This document shows positions 19,839 to 30,037 of a stretch of DNA of 64,000 bases, one piece after another. Origin of the DNA: Syntrophales bacterium (GTDB taxonomy: Bacteria > Desulfobacterota > Syntrophia > Syntrophales > UBA2210). Both the position numbers and the translations under genes were made by a program. The stretch spans positions 1,536,001 through 1,600,000 of the forward strand of contig CAXXNF010000002.1 of assembly GCA_963666365.2 (NCBI GenBank). Reading direction: 5' to 3'. Below the pieces are notes generated by a model that did no database searches, had not been told where the DNA came from, and worked only from the letters and a program-made list of their open reading frames with translations. Position 1 is the first letter of the stretch, and each line of letters starts with the position of its first letter.

Positions 19839-20062
19839 GTGAAACAGTCTCAAGATGATCAGCGACTGCTCAAAGATATCCAGGTCCGCCTGGAAAAAAA
19901 ATGCGTGAACAGGAAATTGCCGTCATTGAACATTGGAAAGAGCGGGTGGAAAAAATTCTCGCAATGAAGCCGGAAGGTATCGCACCACTCATGCTAGAGC
20001 TGAAGAGCCTGTCATCCATGATGGCCAACAGGATATCGACTATAAAGAAGGGTGCGTCATGA
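19839..20062 (+). CDS. Small helical protein (about 74 aa) interrupted by a frameshift at an A8 run
   Basis: GGGAGG SD and GTG 19839; -1 shift at 19894-19901 joins to MREQEIAVIEHWKERVEK...KKGAS, ending in an ATGA overlap with the HD gene. Confidence 0.6.
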
Positions 20063-20631
20063 GAGAGATTGCTAATTTTCTCTTTGAAGTGGGCATGCTT
20101 CAGAAAACGCCCCGCACCGGCTTTCAGTTTCTCGGTTCGGGATGCGAATCGGTAGCGGAGCACATCCTCAGAACAATCTTTATAGGGTACACGCTCAGCA
20201 AAATGGACCCATCCGTTGATGAGCTGCGGATCTTGAAACTCTGCCTCCTGCACGATCTTCCAGAAGCCCGAACGGGGGACATGAATTACGTCAACAAAAA
20301 ATATGTGACCGTAGACGAACACAAGGCCGTTGGGGAGCTGGCCGACACGCTCTTTTTTGGAGAAGAACTGAAGGCCCTGATTGCCGAATTCAACGAAAGG
20401 CAGACAAGGGAATCCCTTATTGCCCGCGATGCCGATCAACTGGCCCTGATTATTCAACTGAAGGAATACGGCGATTTGGGGAACAAATACAGCAAAGACT
20501 GGATCGCCTTTGCCGTAAAAAGACTTTTCACTGACGATGCAAAAAAACTGGCCCGACAGATTCTCCAGACGGACTCCTCGGAGTGGTGGTTCAAGGATAA
20601 AAGCGACTGGTGGATCAATGGAGGAGCGTAA
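20059..20631 (+). CDS. HD-domain hydrolase (YfbR/HDDC2-like 5'-deoxynucleotidase)
   Basis: RTG, ESVAEH, LHDLPEARTGD, DADQL. Confidence 0.88.
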   Translation: MREIANFLFEVGMLQKTPRTGFQFLGSGCESVAEHILRTIFIGYTLSKMDPSVDELRILKLCLLHDLPEARTGDMNYVNKKYVTVDEHKAVGELADTLFFGEELKALIAEFNERQTRESLIARDADQLALIIQLKEYGDLGNKYSKDWIAFAVKRLFTDDAKKLARQILQTDSSEWWFKDKSDWWINGGA

Positions 20632-20732
20632 CGCTCCCCGCATCGGATGGGGAACCATGCTGCGGCAGCAGGACAGGACATCCCCGCTTCATTGCACGAA
20701 GACGCGCTGAAATCGACTCATAAGGGTTCAGA

Positions 20733-21533
20733 ATGAACAGGCACTACTTTTCCGCCCACTGTGTAAAATTATTGACGTTCACAATGGTCTGTTGCATCCT
20801 CGCCTCATGTGCAACGGATCAAAGGGCGCAGCAGATGGCGAATGTCCACGTGAGCACGGGAAAGGCAAGTCTCGAATCTGGCCACTACACGGCGGCCCTG
20901 AAAGAACTTTTTGAAGCACGGCGTCTCAATCCTCAAGATCCGCGAATACCTTATTACCTTGGACTTTCTTATTATGGTAAAGGGTTGCCCCGTGAGGCTG
21001 CTGCGGAATTTCAGAAGGCCATCGAAATGAAGTCGGACTACTCCGAGGCATATAACTTCCTCGGTCTCATCTATTTTGATGAAGGCAATTACGCACGCGC
21101 CGTAGACTGCTTCACCAACGCCCTTTCGAACATTCTCTATGAAACGCCGGAATTCGCACTCAACAATCTCGGAAGGGCATACTTCAAGATGGAAAATTAT
21201 GAAGCGGCCCTGGCGCGGTTTGAAGAGGCGCTTAAGATCAGACCGAACAAAATTTTACCGATTATACACATGAACACAGGCGCACTGCTGCTTGCAATGA
21301 GCCGTGTAACTGATGCCGTTCGTCATTTGGAAAGATCCATTGAAATTGCACCGTACATTGTGGAGGCGCACTACTGGCTTGGCAGAGGATATCTGCGGAG
21401 TGGAAATAAAGCAAAGGCGGTCAAGGAATTTAAAACGGCCCTCACACTGGCCCCCCAATCGGAATTCGGAATAAAATCAAAAGATGTGCTACTGTCCATG
21501 GACCGGCAACACAGGACAGGTCACGGACAATAA
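20733..21533 (+). CDS. TPR lipoprotein (PilF/Tgl-like pilotin candidate)
   Basis: Lipobox LASC; multiple TPRs; LYETP..ALNNLG. Confidence 0.75.
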   Translation: MNRHYFSAHCVKLLTFTMVCCILASCATDQRAQQMANVHVSTGKASLESGHYTAALKELFEARRLNPQDPRIPYYLGLSYYGKGLPREAAAEFQKAIEMKSDYSEAYNFLGLIYFDEGNYARAVDCFTNALSNILYETPEFALNNLGRAYFKMENYEAALARFEEALKIRPNKILPIIHMNTGALLLAMSRVTDAVRHLERSIEIAPYIVEAHYWLGRGYLRSGNKAKAVKEFKTALTLAPQSEFGIKSKDVLLSMDRQHRTGHGQ

Positions 21534-21599
21534 CCACCGACGGACAGGTTGGTTTCATTCTCCATATCCTGTTGCCATGGCCCATCGCCTTATTAAAGA

Positions 21600-21628
21600 T
21601 TGACAGCAAAAAAAAATTGCCATAGATT
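21600..21628 (+). promoter_or_regulatory. sigma70-type promoter for the GerMN gene and EF-G paralogue
   Basis: TTGACA-N17-TAGATT. Confidence 0.55.
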
Positions 21629-21660
21629 GTGCCTGTTTTTTCAGAGGAGCAGCATCTTTC

Positions 21661-22281
21661 ATGGGAACAAAGAAAAAAGCGAAAACAAATCAGATAAAAG
21701 CGAGAAAAAAGAAAAAAACTCGCAAATTTCTCGGTCTTACCGTTATCACTGTTATGTGTCTCGGTTTTCTTATATTCTTTTTTGTGTCACTCTTCGATTA
21801 TGTCTATCCCCCTACGACGGGCACAGACACATCGAAGGCTCAGAAGGAAAAACGCAAGGTCACCCTTTATTTTTCCGATGATAATGAACGCTTTCTCGTA
21901 CCTGAAACCCGCTATATTCCGAAAGCGAAAAAAAATGATGCTCAGGCGGAAGAAATCGTCTATGCCCTTATCGAAGGCCCGAAAATGGGCCATATTCGCA
22001 CGATCCCCGAGGGAACGAGTTTGATAGGGATCTCCGTAAAAGAAAAAGGCGTCGCTGTGGTCAATTTCAAAAAAAATATCATAGATCTCCATCCGGGAAG
22101 CTGTGCAAGCGAAATGATGACCATTTATTCTCTGACCAATACCCTTATCCGCAACATCCCTTCGATACAGAGCGTCACTCTCCAGGTTGAAGGGAAGAAG
22201 ATCAAGACTCTGAAAGGACACATCGACACGGAATCCCCCTTTGTAATAAAAGAAGATCTGCTCATTAAGGGGTCCGCATAA
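21661..22281 (+). CDS. GerMN-domain protein
   Basis: Basic N-terminus and TM, VTLYF, LIEGP, IYSLTNTL, LKGHID. Confidence 0.85.
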   Translation: MGTKKKAKTNQIKARKKKKTRKFLGLTVITVMCLGFLIFFFVSLFDYVYPPTTGTDTSKAQKEKRKVTLYFSDDNERFLVPETRYIPKAKKNDAQAEEIVYALIEGPKMGHIRTIPEGTSLIGISVKEKGVAVVNFKKNIIDLHPGSCASEMMTIYSLTNTLIRNIPSIQSVTLQVEGKKIKTLKGHIDTESPFVIKEDLLIKGSA

Positions 22282-22345
22282 AGCCCGTTCTGTCACTGGA
22301 TAGGCGCACAACTACTGAGAATTCACGTAAAGAAAGGTTTTTGAC

Positions 22346-24373
22346 GTGGCGGTAAAACTTTCGAACATTCGAAATATAGGTATCGTGGCCCATATTGATG
22401 CGGGAAAGACCACGGTAACCGAAAGGATTCTTTTTTACACCGGTATTACCCACAAGATCGGAGAGGTTCACTATGGCGAAGCGGTGATGGATTGGATGCA
22501 ACAGGAGAAAGAACGGGGCATCACGATTACTTCGGCCGTTACAACCTGTATGTGGGAAAACAGGGAAATTCACATAATCGACACTCCCGGTCACGTTGAT
22601 TTCACCATTGAAGTTGAACGGTGTCTTCGGGTGCTTGACGGCGTGGTGGTCGTGTTTGATGCGGTGGCAGGGGTAGAGCCCCAATCGGAAACAGTCTGGC
22701 GCCAGGCGGACAAATATCATGTTCCCAAAATCGCTTTTATCAATAAAATGGATCGTGCCGGCGCCGATTATTTCGGAACTATTGCAACCATGAAGTCACG
22801 TTTTGCATCGGCGCCGCTCCCCATCCAGATTCCCCTCTTCAGGAACGACATCTTTGAAGGCGTCATCGATCTGATACGACAAAAAGTGATCACATGGAAC
22901 GAGCAATCTCTGGGACTTACCTATGCCTTATCGGACATACCCGGCACACACGTTGAAGAAGCCGATCAATACCGCGAAGAGCTGATAGAGGCGCTTGCAG
23001 AGTTTGATGACTCTCTGGCGGAAAAATATCTCGAAGGCGAACCCATCGAAGAAAAAGATATGCGTGATGCCCTGCGCGCGGCAACTGTTTCACTCAAAGC
23101 TGTTCCCGTCATGTGCGGATCGGCCCTTCGCAATAAAGGGGTACAACCCATCCTCGACGGGGTCTGTGATTTCCTCCCCTCTCCCGAGGAGGTCCCTCCC
23201 ATATCGGGAATAAACCCCGCCACAGGGGAGAAGGAATGGCGCAAGAGCAAAAACAAGGAACCCCTCGCCGCGCTTGCGTTCAAGGTCATGATGGATGAGG
23301 GGAGAAAAATGACCTACGTCCGAATCTATTCGGGTAAAATGAAGGTGGGAGAAGAAGTTTTCAATGCAACTGCCAAGAAGCGCGAGCGCGTCGCACGTCT
23401 GCTGAAGATGCACGCCAACAAGCGTGAACGTCTCGACGAGGCCGGATCGGGAGATATCATCGGCGTGGTAGGTTTGAAGGATACCTCAACCGGCGACAGC
23501 ATCTGTGAAGAGGCGCACCCGATTCTTCTCGAATCCATAGAATTTTATGAGCCCGTCATCTCCAGGGCCATTGAGGCAAAAACACCCGATGATCAGTCAC
23601 GATTGATCCTGGCCCTGGAAAAGCTCTGCGACGAAGACCCCACTCTGAAAGCGACCTATGATGAAGAAACCGCGCAGACGGTGATTTCAGGTATGGGGGA
23701 ATTGCATCTCGAAATTATCATCGACAGACTTGTAAGGGAGTTCAATACCAATGTCAACGTGGGAAAACCCCGTGTTGTCTATAGAGAAACCATCGGGAAA
23801 GAGGTTGCCTGCGAAGAAATATTCGACAAAAAGCTGGGAGAGAAAAAACATTTCGGTCATGTGGCGCTCAATCTCATTCCCCACAGCCGGGGCGGCGGCA
23901 TAGAAATTATAAACGCACTTGAACCGACGATGATTCCTCCCGAGTATCACCGAGCAATCGAGCAGAGCCTCAGAGACGCCACAGCAAGTGGCGTCGTGGC
24001 CGGCTATCCGGTACTCGATGTGATAATACGGATAGTGGGAGGATCCTACCGTGAAGGAGAAGCTTCTGAACTGGGCTATCAGATCGCTGCCTCGACGGCG
24101 TTCCAGCATGGATGCGCCGAGGCGGAACCTACCCTTCTTGAACCGATCATGAAAGTGGATATCATCACTCCTAGCGAGTTTATGGGGGAAGTAATCGGCA
24201 GCATTAATATCAGAAAGGGGGAAATCGAGAACATAACCCACAAACCCCTGGTGAGTGATATAAAGGCACGGGTCCCGCTGCAGCACATGTTCGGATATTC
24301 AACGGATCTTCGATCTCTCACCCAGGGACGGGCCACATTCTCAATGCACTTTTCCAAGTATGACAAGCTGTAA
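22346..24373 (+). CDS. fusA: Elongation factor G paralogue (outside the str operon)
   Basis: [48 protein letters not shown]. Confidence 0.92.
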   Translation: MAVKLSNIRNIGIVAHIDAGKTTVTERILFYTGITHKIGEVHYGEAVMDWMQQEKERGITITSAVTTCMWENREIHIIDTPGHVDFTIEVERCLRVLDGVVVVFDAVAGVEPQSETVWRQADKYHVPKIAFINKMDRAGADYFGTIATMKSRFASAPLPIQIPLFRNDIFEGVIDLIRQKVITWNEQSLGLTYALSDIPGTHVEEADQYREELIEALAEFDDSLAEKYLEGEPIEEKDMRDALRAATVSLKAVPVMCGSALRNKGVQPILDGVCDFLPSPEEVPPISGINPATGEKEWRKSKNKEPLAALAFKVMMDEGRKMTYVRIYSGKMKVGEEVFNATAKKRERVARLLKMHANKRERLDEAGSGDIIGVVGLKDTSTGDSICEEAHPILLESIEFYEPVISRAIEAKTPDDQSRLILALEKLCDEDPTLKATYDEETAQTVISGMGELHLEIIIDRLVREFNTNVNVGKPRVVYRETIGKEVACEEIFDKKLGEKKHFGHVALNLIPHSRGGGIEIINALEPTMIPPEYHRAIEQSLRDATASGVVAGYPVLDVIIRIVGGSYREGEASELGYQIAASTAFQHGCAEAEPTLLEPIMKVDIITPSEFMGEVIGSINIRKGEIENITHKPLVSDIKARVPLQHMFGYSTDLRSLTQGRATFSMHFSKYDKL

Positions 24374-24451
24374 TTAGCATAGTGACGTCTTCAGCCGCAG
24401 TGCTGATTACTTAACGGTTTCGGTTCAACTTACACGCGTGGAGCGCAAGAA

Positions 24452-25657
24452 ATGTCAAAACGCACACCATCGAAACCTTACAGATCACCTGTACCCTTGA
24501 TCAAAAAAATTGGCAGGCTGCTGCGTGTAGAACGTTTTTTTCTAATTGGGACACTCACGCTCATTCTGATATTATTTTGCTCCATCGCAATTTATTATTT
24601 CGAAAACAACAAAGAAGGGGCTTCCATTCATTCTCTCTGGGACGGCTTCTGGTGGGCCATTGTTACCATCTGCACCGTGGGCTACGGCGACAAACTTCCG
24701 ACGACGGATGCAGGAAGGATTGTAGGTCTCGTACTGATGATTCTGGGAGTATGTCTCCTGTCACTCATAACAGCAACAATAGCTTCGGTATTTGTTGAGC
24801 AAAAAATCAGGGAGGGAAAAGGGTTGGATACCTTAACATGTACAGAACATACCGTTATATGCGGCTGGAATCGTTATACGGAAGAGGTGATTGCCTGGAT
24901 TAATACACACGGGAAATCTTCGAATCCGGTCATTATTCTCATCAATGAGCTTCCCATCGACGACATCGATGCACTCAAGCTCAAATATGAACACTTCAAT
25001 CTTCGCTTTATCAGAGGTAATTATGTACATGAAGATGTGCTTTTAAGGGCCAATATAGAAAAAGCGGCCTTTGTTATCCTTATGGCCGATAACTCCGGAG
25101 CCTATGATAAGGAAAGAGCAGACGAAAGAACGATACTTGCTACCTTGACGGTAAGGTCCGTGGCCCCAAAAGCCAAAATTGTTGCCGAAGTTATCAATGC
25201 AGAGAATAGAACTCATCTGAAAAGAGCAAGTGTCGACGAAATAATTGTCCGAGGCGAACACCTTGGATCACTTATTGCGAGTGCTATCAGCCATCCGGGA
25301 CTTCCAAAGGTATTTTCCAATATCCTCTCTCTGGAAGGAAGCAATAAGATCAAGCGCATAATAATTCCGAACCAGTTCGTAGGAAAGACATTTGGAGATT
25401 TTGAACGTTTTATTAAAGAACGCAAAGAAGGAATTCTTATCGGTCTCATGACGGAAAAAGAATCCATGAAACTTGAGGACATGCTCTCCGACGATACTTC
25501 AATCATTGAAAAATTTATCAAGGAAAAAATACAGGAATCGAAGAAGGATTATTTTTACGAAAAGGAAAATATCAAAGTATCCCTCAATCCGGATGAGAAT
25601 ACCATCATAGGGAGAAACGTGTATGGTATTGTGCTTGCCAAGGAGATGAATGTATGA
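24452..25657 (+). CDS. Two-TM potassium channel with RCK/TrkA-N domain
   Basis: WWAIVTICTVGYGD selectivity filter; HTVICGW Rossmann-like domain. Confidence 0.9.
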   Translation: MSKRTPSKPYRSPVPLIKKIGRLLRVERFFLIGTLTLILILFCSIAIYYFENNKEGASIHSLWDGFWWAIVTICTVGYGDKLPTTDAGRIVGLVLMILGVCLLSLITATIASVFVEQKIREGKGLDTLTCTEHTVICGWNRYTEEVIAWINTHGKSSNPVIILINELPIDDIDALKLKYEHFNLRFIRGNYVHEDVLLRANIEKAAFVILMADNSGAYDKERADERTILATLTVRSVAPKAKIVAEVINAENRTHLKRASVDEIIVRGEHLGSLIASAISHPGLPKVFSNILSLEGSNKIKRIIIPNQFVGKTFGDFERFIKERKEGILIGLMTEKESMKLEDMLSDDTSIIEKFIKEKIQESKKDYFYEKENIKVSLNPDENTIIGRNVYGIVLAKEMNV

Positions 25658-26187
25658 ATTCAAGGATTTACGTTTCGGATCAGGAGGTCTCCCAGCTCAT
25701 CGAAATTGAACTTTTCAAAAATCTCACTTTTGAACAGGTGCGCACAGTACTTGCCCACTCAGAAAAAATCCGCTTCCGAAAAAATGAAATCATTATGAAA
25801 GAGGGGGAAAGCGGCGATTCGATCTATCTTATACTTGAAGGATCCGTAGAAGTGGGAAGACAGCTGGTGCTAAGCGGTATTGAGGGAGACGGCGAAATAG
25901 GCAATAAAGTATTTACCAGACTTTCGTCAGAGGATCATCCTGTGTTCGGTGAGATATCACTTCTGGAAGACTCCAAACGAACCGCCACCATACGCACCTT
26001 AACCGATTGCCGATTCTATAAGATTACGCGGCATACGCTTTTTCAGCTGACACAGCAGGATCATGCACTGGGATGTTATATTTTCATGAATCTTGCCACG
26101 ATTATCTCCTCGCGTTTGAGAAAGGCTGATGAAGATATTGTAAAACTTACAACCGTATTAAGCATCATATTAAAAGAGGGGGTCTAA
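25654..26187 (+). CDS. Stand-alone cyclic-nucleotide-binding domain protein
   Basis: IMKEGESGD.IYLILEGSV, FGEISLL, RTAT; no HTH. Confidence 0.88.
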   Translation: MNSRIYVSDQEVSQLIEIELFKNLTFEQVRTVLAHSEKIRFRKNEIIMKEGESGDSIYLILEGSVEVGRQLVLSGIEGDGEIGNKVFTRLSSEDHPVFGEISLLEDSKRTATIRTLTDCRFYKITRHTLFQLTQQDHALGCYIFMNLATIISSRLRKADEDIVKLTTVLSIILKEGV

Positions 26188-26517
26188 TATTGTTCCGATC
26201 TTCCGGATCGGCAGCGGCAGTCTATGGTATATAGCGAGATCACAAAGACGAAGGGAAAACCTCAGCCCCTCTAACGTGACGTTGTCACTGCAATATGGCA
26301 GAAGCAAATCACCGCGACTCATGGAATTTTTTACACCAACCAATCCAAAACCTTAGACAAAATACACCTATACACTAGGTGCGCTAAGGGTTTTCAACCG
26401 CTTAAATCAGATTCTATCCAATTGATTATAAACATGAATATCGCTATTGTGCAGTCAAAAGAGATCATGAACATACAGCCGGTGAACATGTTGCAAGGAA
26501 AGAAAATCCGGCCTCAG

Positions 26518-26675
26518 ATATAGAAGTCTTACACCTGTCGGTGGGTGGTTTTCGGTTCCCTCCTTTCCTCCCACCGACACCCCCCTAGAATCTGACAGGG
26601 AGCGAGATTGTAAGGACCCTTCAGTGTATATAGTTTCATGGGTGGTTTTACCGCACGGTAAAGCCACCCTTTTTT
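26518..26675 (+). ncRNA. Candidate structured small RNA
   Basis: 10-bp stem TGTCGGTGGG/CCCACCGACA with CU-rich loop, outer complementary segments, 3' intrinsic terminator; 5' end uncertain. Confidence 0.4.
26640..26675 (+). terminator. Intrinsic terminator
   Basis: GGGTGGTTTTACCG-CA-CGGTAAAGCCACCC followed by T6. Confidence 0.8.
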
Positions 26676-26678
26676 ATT

Positions 26679-26790
26679 AAAGTGTAAAAAGTTAGAAAAG
26701 TAGGAAGGGTAGGAAAAGTAAAAGATTTTGATTTTCGCATAAAATTTTTAACTTTTTCTACTTTTGCACTTTTATTACTTTTCACACTTT
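26679..26790. repeat. Imperfect inverted repeat of degenerate 8-9-bp units (AAAAGT.. / ..ACTTTT)
   Basis: Purine-rich left arm, pyrimidine-rich right arm, ends AAAGTGT/ACACTTT; abuts the ychF stop. Confidence 0.7.
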
Positions 26791-26793
26791 CTT

Positions 26794-27891
26794 TCACACA
26801 TTAAACCGAAAGAAGACAATATCTCCATCGGCGATCACGTATTCCTTCCCCTCGATCCTTATCAGCCCCTTTTCACGAGCCTTGGCGAGCGATCCGGCTT
26901 GTATAAAATCATCATAGTTCAATGCTTCCGCCCGTATAAAGCCTCGCTCCATATCGGTGTGTATTTTACCGGCTGCGCTGGGCGCTTTTGTGCCGTCCCG
27001 GACGGTCCAGGCCCTGAGTTCCGTACCTGCCGTCGTGTAAAAGGTGATGAGCTTTAAAAGTGCATAGCCTGCCTTGATCAGCTTTTCCAGACCCGATTCT
27101 TCAATGTGAAGATCTTCGAGAAATTCCCTTCGCTCTTCGGGTGGAAGGACTGCTATTTCCGCCTCCATGTCGCCGCAGATCACAATATGCTGCGCTTCCT
27201 CGCGATGGGAAAGCTGCGCAACTTGCTCCACATAGGCGCCTTTCTTTTGTGTGAGCACTTCTTCGCTGACATTCGCCACGTAGAGCACGGGTTTGGCCGT
27301 CAGCAGGCGAAGATCAGCCAATATTTCAATGTCCTTAATGTCCGCCATTCCTGCCCGCGCCGGCATTCCACGTCCCAACTCGTCGGCAATATGGTTCAAT
27401 GCATCAATCTGCCGCACCAGAGACTTGTCCCCTGTCTTCAACAGGCGCTCGCTCTTTTCGATTCTCCGTTCGATCGTTTCAAGATCCGCGAGAATCAGTT
27501 CGGTATTGACAATTTCGATATCCCGCACCGGATCAACCGAACCGTGCACATGGACGACATTGGGATCATCGAAGCAGCGCACAATATGAACAATCGCATC
27601 GACATCACGAATATTGCCGAGAAACTTATTTCCCAGCCCTTCCCCCTTGCTGGCGCCTTTGACAAGACCGGCGATGTCGACAAACTCCATGGTAGTGCGG
27701 GTAACCTTGGGAGGCGACAGTATGCGGGCGATTTCTTCAAGCCGCGGATCGGGAACGGGAACCACGCCGATATTGGGATCAATCGTACAGAAGGGATAGT
27801 TGGCCACCTCTGCGCCGGCAGCACTGAGTGCATTGAATATGGTTGATTTTCCTACATTGGGAAGCCCGATAAGACCGCAGCGAAAGCCCAT
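26794..27891 (-). CDS. ychF: Redox-regulated ATPase YchF
   Basis: GLPNVGKST, ANYPFCTIDPN, DIAGLVKGAS.GEGLGN.FL, GKIHTD.ERGFIRAE, FRFNV. Confidence 0.96.
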   Translation of the reverse strand: MGFRCGLIGLPNVGKSTIFNALSAAGAEVANYPFCTIDPNIGVVPVPDPRLEEIARILSPPKVTRTTMEFVDIAGLVKGASKGEGLGNKFLGNIRDVDAIVHIVRCFDDPNVVHVHGSVDPVRDIEIVNTELILADLETIERRIEKSERLLKTGDKSLVRQIDALNHIADELGRGMPARAGMADIKDIEILADLRLLTAKPVLYVANVSEEVLTQKKGAYVEQVAQLSHREEAQHIVICGDMEAEIAVLPPEERREFLEDLHIEESGLEKLIKAGYALLKLITFYTTAGTELRAWTVRDGTKAPSAAGKIHTDMERGFIRAEALNYDDFIQAGSLAKAREKGLIRIEGKEYVIADGDIVFFRFNV

Positions 27892-27910
27892 GACAGCCTC
27901 CTTTTCACAT

Positions 27911-27944
27911 AAAAAAGGGGGGTGAATGATTTCCACCCCCCTTT
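27911..27944 (-). terminator. Intrinsic terminator after hppA
   Basis: GGGGGGTG-loop-CACCCCCC followed by T6 on the minus strand. Confidence 0.75.
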
Positions 27945-27967
27945 GAGTTGCCTCTATGATCCCTCTT

Positions 27968-30028
27968 CTAATAGATCATCTGATAGAGGGCGACGATGGC
28001 CGGCGCCGTCACGAGCGACACAACGGACATCAGCTTGATGAGAATGTTCATGGCCGGACCCGAAGTATCTTTGAAGGGGTCGCCGACGGTATCGCCGATG
28101 ACGCCCGCTTTGTGGGCATCGGAGCCTTTACCGCCGAAATTTCCCTGCTCGATGTACTTCTTGGCATTGTCCCAGGCGCCGCCTGCATTTGCCATAAGAA
28201 GACCGATCACCACACCGGTCAGCGTGGCGCCTGCAAGGAATCCACCCAGCGCGTGGGGACCGATTAAAACACCCACTACAATCGGCGCGAGCACAGCTGA
28301 AACACCGGGCAGAATCATTCGTTTCAGCGCCGCCGTGGTGGCGATGTCAACGCAGCGGTTCGTATCGGGAGGTGTTGTTCCTTCCATGATTCCGGGAATC
28401 TCCCTGAACTGACGTCTGATCTCATTGATCATGTCGAACGCGGCGTCACCCACGGCTGTCATGGTAAGCGCTGCCATAAGACAGGGGATCAATCCACCAA
28501 GGAACAAACCAGTGATCACATGGGCCTCCGTGAGGTCAAGGGCGAAATTCTCAAAACCCGGGAAGGTCTTGACGGTCGCCGTGAAGGCGGCAAACATGGC
28601 CAGCGCGGTCAATGCGGCGGAACCGATGGCGAAACCCTTGCCGATGGCGGCCGTCGTATTGCCCACGGCGTCCAGACCGTCCGTAATTTCACGGGTCTGG
28701 GGGGGCATGTGGGCCTGCTCGGCGATACCGCCGGCGTTATCGGCAATGGGGCCGTAACTGTCGACGGACATGGTCATGCCGACTGTTCCCAGCATGCCGA
28801 CACCGGCAATGGCGATACCGTAGAGACCGCAGGTAATGTATGACAACCAGATGGCGATGGCGATGAAGAATACCGGGGCCGCCACACTCTCGAGACCTAC
28901 GGCGAACCCGGTGATGATGTTGGTCGCCGGCCCGGTCTGTGAGGCTTCGGCAATGCGTCTGATGGGACCGCGCGCCGTGTAGTACTCAGTCACACCGCCG
29001 ATCAGCATGCCGGCGATGATGCCCAGAAGCACCGCCCAGAAGGGTCCCAGGGGACTGATCATTCCCAGGCTCTTCAGATATTCTGCAGACATTCCCTGTG
29101 TCGTGAATTTCACCACGAAAAACGCCAGAATGATGAAGAGTATGCCTGCGATATAGAGCGCATTGCTCAATGCCGACTGGGGTTTCATGTTTTTCAGATA
29201 GTTGAAGAGACCGATTCCGATCACCGATGAAAGCAGTCCCACAATGATGAACAGCATGGGAAGCATCATCCACTTCATGGACATACCGGGAAGCCCCAAT
29301 CCCATCGTGGCGCCGATGGCAATGGCCGCAACCACGGAACCGCAGTAGGACTCGTAAAGGTCCGCACCCATGCCGGCGATGTCGCCCACGTTGTCGCCCA
29401 CGTTGTCGGCGGTGACGCCGGGGTTCCTGGGATCGTCTTCGGGAATGCCGGCTTCTACTTTACCCACCAGGTCGGAACCGACGTCGGCCGTCTTGGTGAA
29501 GATACCGCCGCCGACACGGGCAAAGAGGGCAATGGACGAAGCGCCCATGGCGAATCCGTTTATGACTGAGGGATCCTTATCGGCAAAAAAGTAAAAGAAT
29601 ATTCCGAGACCGAGAAGACCCAGCGATGCCACGGAGAGCCCCATGACCGACCCGCCGAAGAAGGCGACCGTCAGAGCGCGTCCCTGGCCATAGGTCTGGG
29701 CGGCTTCCGCCGTACGTGCATTTGATTGCGTTGCCGCCTGCATGCCGAAGACGCCGGCGATCAACGAACCTACGGCGCCACTGAGAAAGGCAACTGCCGT
29801 CATCGGGTTCAACGCAAAGAGAAGCACAAAGAAGACGATCACAATGAAAATTGCAATAATCTTGTATTCTCTCTTGAGAAATACCATGGCGCCGGCATGG
29901 ATCCTGTCCATGATTTCCACCATCAGTTCGTTGCCCGGAGAAAAGGACATGACGTACTTGTAAATCACAAACGCCAGGACCAATCCGATGACGCCCCACA
30001 ACCACGCGTAATTGACTAGAAATTCCAT
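27968..30028 (-). CDS. hppA: K+-dependent membrane pyrophosphatase, probably Na+-translocating
   Basis: [54 protein letters not shown]. Confidence 0.95.
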   Translation of the reverse strand: MEFLVNYAWLWGVIGLVLAFVIYKYVMSFSPGNELMVEIMDRIHAGAMVFLKREYKIIAIFIVIVFFVLLFALNPMTAVAFLSGAVGSLIAGVFGMQAATQSNARTAEAAQTYGQGRALTVAFFGGSVMGLSVASLGLLGLGIFFYFFADKDPSVINGFAMGASSIALFARVGGGIFTKTADVGSDLVGKVEAGIPEDDPRNPGVTADNVGDNVGDIAGMGADLYESYCGSVVAAIAIGATMGLGLPGMSMKWMMLPMLFIIVGLLSSVIGIGLFNYLKNMKPQSALSNALYIAGILFIILAFFVVKFTTQGMSAEYLKSLGMISPLGPFWAVLLGIIAGMLIGGVTEYYTARGPIRRIAEASQTGPATNIITGFAVGLESVAAPVFFIAIAIWLSYITCGLYGIAIAGVGMLGTVGMTMSVDSYGPIADNAGGIAEQAHMPPQTREITDGLDAVGNTTAAIGKGFAIGSAALTALAMFAAFTATVKTFPGFENFALDLTEAHVITGLFLGGLIPCLMAALTMTAVGDAAFDMINEIRRQFREIPGIMEGTTPPDTNRCVDIATTAALKRMILPGVSAVLAPIVVGVLIGPHALGGFLAGATLTGVVIGLLMANAGGAWDNAKKYIEQGNFGGKGSDAHKAGVIGDTVGDPFKDTSGPAMNILIKLMSVVSLVTAPAIVALYQMIY

Positions 30029-30037
30029 AATTCCTGC

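Noticed and set aside
24374..24451. c-di-AMP (ydaO) or c-di-GMP riboswitch before the K+ channel
   Set aside because: Gap is only 78 nt and lacks the consensus motifs
26345..26358. 14-mer TCCAAAACCTTAGA also present at about 39602
   Set aside because: Isolated 14-bp matches are expected by chance in 64 kb
26455..26667. 70-aa minus-strand ORF
   Set aside because: Starts inside a terminator stem, no SD, overlaps the structured-RNA candidate
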